A stretch of DNA of 37,252 nucleotides, from IMG/VR virus record IMGVR_UViG_3300030430_001289, positions 1 through 37,252 of that record; one strand, 5' to 3'. Position numbers and translations under genes: made by a program. Shown here in pieces: positions 35,475-37,252 of this stretch. The first letter of the stretch is position 1, and each line of letters opens with the position of its first letter. The notes beneath the pieces were generated by a model. It was not told where the DNA came from. It searched no databases and saw nothing but the letters and a program-made list of their open reading frames with translations. This DNA is from a virus. Taxonomy: Duplodnaviria; Caudoviricetes.

Positions 35475-36065
35475 ATGGCGAATGTAAGTGAAAAATTTGG
35501 TCTTAGACCTTATAAGAATCTTAATGGTGCGTCTTGGAATAATGCTCAAAATAGATATACCATAGCTTCTAATTACGGAACTGCTATTTTCCAAGGTGAT
35601 TTAGTGATACCTCATACTGATGGTACTATTAGAAGACACACAGCTGGAAACGCAACTCCTGTACTTGGTGTATTTAATGGAGTGTTTTACACAGACCCAA
35701 CCACTAAGAAACCAACTTTTAGTAATTACTATCCAGGTAGCATAGTTGCATCTGATATAGTTGCTAATGTTATAGACGACCCAAGCACATTATTTTTAGT
35801 TGATGCTGACGCAGCTTTTACTAGAGATGACTGTTTTATGAATTACTCAGTAACAAATGTTAGTGGTAATACAGACACAGGTATTTCAAAAGTACAACTA
35901 GATGTAAGTGAAACTAGTAGCTCATTTACTTTTGCATTAATGGCAGTAGACATCTGTCAAGATGTTAACAACGAAGACACAACAACTGCAAATGCAAATA
36001 TAATTGTGCGTATCAATAACCACTTTTATCAGCCTAATAATCAAGCTGATACTGGTAAGAATTAA
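35475..36065 (+). CDS. Putative capsid decoration/minor capsid protein
   Basis: AAGGAG RBS; beta-rich T/N/A/S composition (FGLRP, IFQGDLV, GVFNG, DDP); immediately upstream of the major capsid gene. Confidence 0.6.
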   Translation: MANVSEKFGLRPYKNLNGASWNNAQNRYTIASNYGTAIFQGDLVIPHTDGTIRRHTAGNATPVLGVFNGVFYTDPTTKKPTFSNYYPGSIVASDIVANVIDDPSTLFLVDADAAFTRDDCFMNYSVTNVSGNTDTGISKVQLDVSETSSSFTFALMAVDICQDVNNEDTTTANANIIVRINNHFYQPNNQADTGKN

Positions 36066-36075
36066 GGAGTAAATT

Positions 36076-36987
36076 ATGGCAATATCTAGAAGTCAATTAG
36101 TGAAAGAGTTAGAGCCAGGTTTAAATGCCTTGTTCGGACTAGAGTATAATCGTTACGAAAATGAACACGCAGAAATTTTTGTAACTGAAACCTCTGACAG
36201 AGCTTTTGAAGAAGAAGTAATGTTAAGTGGTTTTGGTTCAGCTCCAGTAAAGTCAGAAGGTGCAAATGTAACTTTTGACCAAGCTACTGAATCATTTACA
36301 GCTAGATACACACACGAAACTATCGCAATGGCTTTTGCAATTACTGAAGAAGCTATTGAAGATAATTTGTATGATAGACTAGCTGGTAGATATACAAGAG
36401 CTTTAGCTAGAAGTATGGCAAATACTAAACAAGTTAAATCTGCTAATGTTCTTAACAATGCTTTCAACAGCAGTTTTACTGGTGGAGATGGTGTGGAGCT
36501 TTGCTCTACTTCTCATCCATTGGCGAGTGGAGGTGTATTAGCTAATACATTAAGCACCGCTGCTGATTTAAGCGAAACATCATTGGAACAGTCATTAATA
36601 GACATCGCTGCATTCATTGATGAGAGAGGTTTGAAGATTGCTCTTCAAGGTGTGAAGTTAATAATTCCTAAGGAGTTACAATTCACAGCAGAGAGAATTA
36701 TGAAGTCTCCTCAAAGAGTGGGTACTGCTGACAATGACATTAATGCTTTAGCCAATATGGGGATGATACCTCAAGGCTATAGAGTTAATCATTATCTTAC
36801 AGATACCGATGCTTTTTTTATTATGACTGATGCTCCTAATGGATTAAAGATGTTCGTTAGAAGCCCAATTAAAACTGCAATCGAAGGGGACTTTGATACT
36901 GGTAATGTTAGATTTAAAGCAAGAGAGAGATACTCTTTTGGTTTTTCTGACCCAAGAGGTATTTTTGGTTCTCCAGGTGCAGCATAA
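36076..36987 (+). CDS. Major capsid protein
   Basis: MAISRSQLVKELEPGLNALFGLEY...ITEEAIEDNLY...KARERYSFG-x-SDPRG; AAGGAG RBS; followed by a strong terminator. Confidence 0.9.
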   Translation: MAISRSQLVKELEPGLNALFGLEYNRYENEHAEIFVTETSDRAFEEEVMLSGFGSAPVKSEGANVTFDQATESFTARYTHETIAMAFAITEEAIEDNLYDRLAGRYTRALARSMANTKQVKSANVLNNAFNSSFTGGDGVELCSTSHPLASGGVLANTLSTAADLSETSLEQSLIDIAAFIDERGLKIALQGVKLIIPKELQFTAERIMKSPQRVGTADNDINALANMGMIPQGYRVNHYLTDTDAFFIMTDAPNGLKMFVRSPIKTAIEGDFDTGNVRFKARERYSFGFSDPRGIFGSPGAA

Positions 36988-37010
36988 ATTCATAGATAAA
37001 TCTCTAAAGG

Positions 37011-37036
37011 AGGGGGGAGTTATTCCCCCCTTTTTT
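37011..37036 (+). terminator. Intrinsic terminator after the capsid gene, between convergent genes
   Basis: AGGGGGGA-gttat-TCCCCCCT followed by a T tract. Confidence 0.85.
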
Positions 37037-37172
37037 ATTCGTCTTCTTTTTTTGCTCTAGCATTATCGTATTCAAGAATCATATTACGAATAAACCCAGA
37101 GTGTTTATCGACCATATTTTCATCGTAGGTTTTTTCCCACATTTCAATTATTTCTTTTAAAGTGAATTTCAT
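37035..37172 (-). CDS. Small hypothetical protein (45 aa, MKFTLKEIIEMWEKTYDENMVDKHSGF...)
   Basis: AGGAGG RBS; stop inside the terminator T tract. Not in the track. Confidence 0.6.
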   Translation of the reverse strand: MKFTLKEIIEMWEKTYDENMVDKHSGFIRNMILEYDNARAKKEDE

Positions 37173-37182
37173 TTTATTCCTC

Positions 37183-37252
37183 CTATAGCTTTACGACTTG
37201 ATAAATTTTCTTAGTTTTAGGTTTAACTATTAAATAGTTTTCAATAGCCATT
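37183..37252 (-). CDS. Probable 3' end of an upstream gene truncated by the window edge
   Basis: Open frame (..MAIENYLIVKPKTKKIYQVVKL*) whose TAG overlaps the AGGAGG RBS of the next gene. Confidence 0.35.
   Translation of the reverse strand, partial: MAIENYLIVKPKTKKIYQVVKL

Noticed and set aside
1-37252. Integrase, phage RNA polymerase, endolysin, tRNA or tail fibre genes
   Set aside because: No supporting motifs seen in this window; they may lie in the part of the genome outside it.

Overview
This window is an AT-rich (roughly 30% GC by eye) partial genome of a tailed dsDNA phage (Caudoviricetes). Its P22-like portal, large ejection-type proteins and gene set resemble uncultured marine podoviruses (family placement is inference). 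Gene order: (1) internal virion/ejection proteins and a KGG-repeat basic protein (2-9830); (2) a leftward operon of ArdC-like antirestriction protein, R-S-E ADP-ribosyltransferase-like protein and SNF2 helicase (13329-10556); (3) a rightward replication module with SSB-like protein, AEP primase, methyltransferase-like protein, UvrD helicase, DUF3310, 2OG-Fe(II) oxygenase and Leu762-type PolA (13483-21762); (4) regulators, a Mom-like DNA modifier, a GNAT-like protein and an inverted small terminase; (5) a repeat-rich intergenic region and small early genes; (6) a PD-(D/E)xK nuclease; (7) the head module with TerL, portal, two methyltransferases, 3TM holin, GroES, scaffold and major capsid protein, ending at a terminator near 37.0 kb. 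The standout observation is a near-canonical 28-bp XerC/XerD dif-like site (AGTTCGCATAA-CACACA-TTATGTTAAAT, 26729-26756) just upstream of terL, with no integrase in the window. This suggests the phage uses host XerCD to integrate or to resolve genome multimers. Other highlights are the ArdC-ART-SNF2 early operon, a stack of nucleic-acid-modifying enzymes with apparent GATC avoidance, a short K-x-G-G motif shared by several putative virion proteins, and several small ORFs missed by the track. All protein calls come from motif recognition; no database searches were run.
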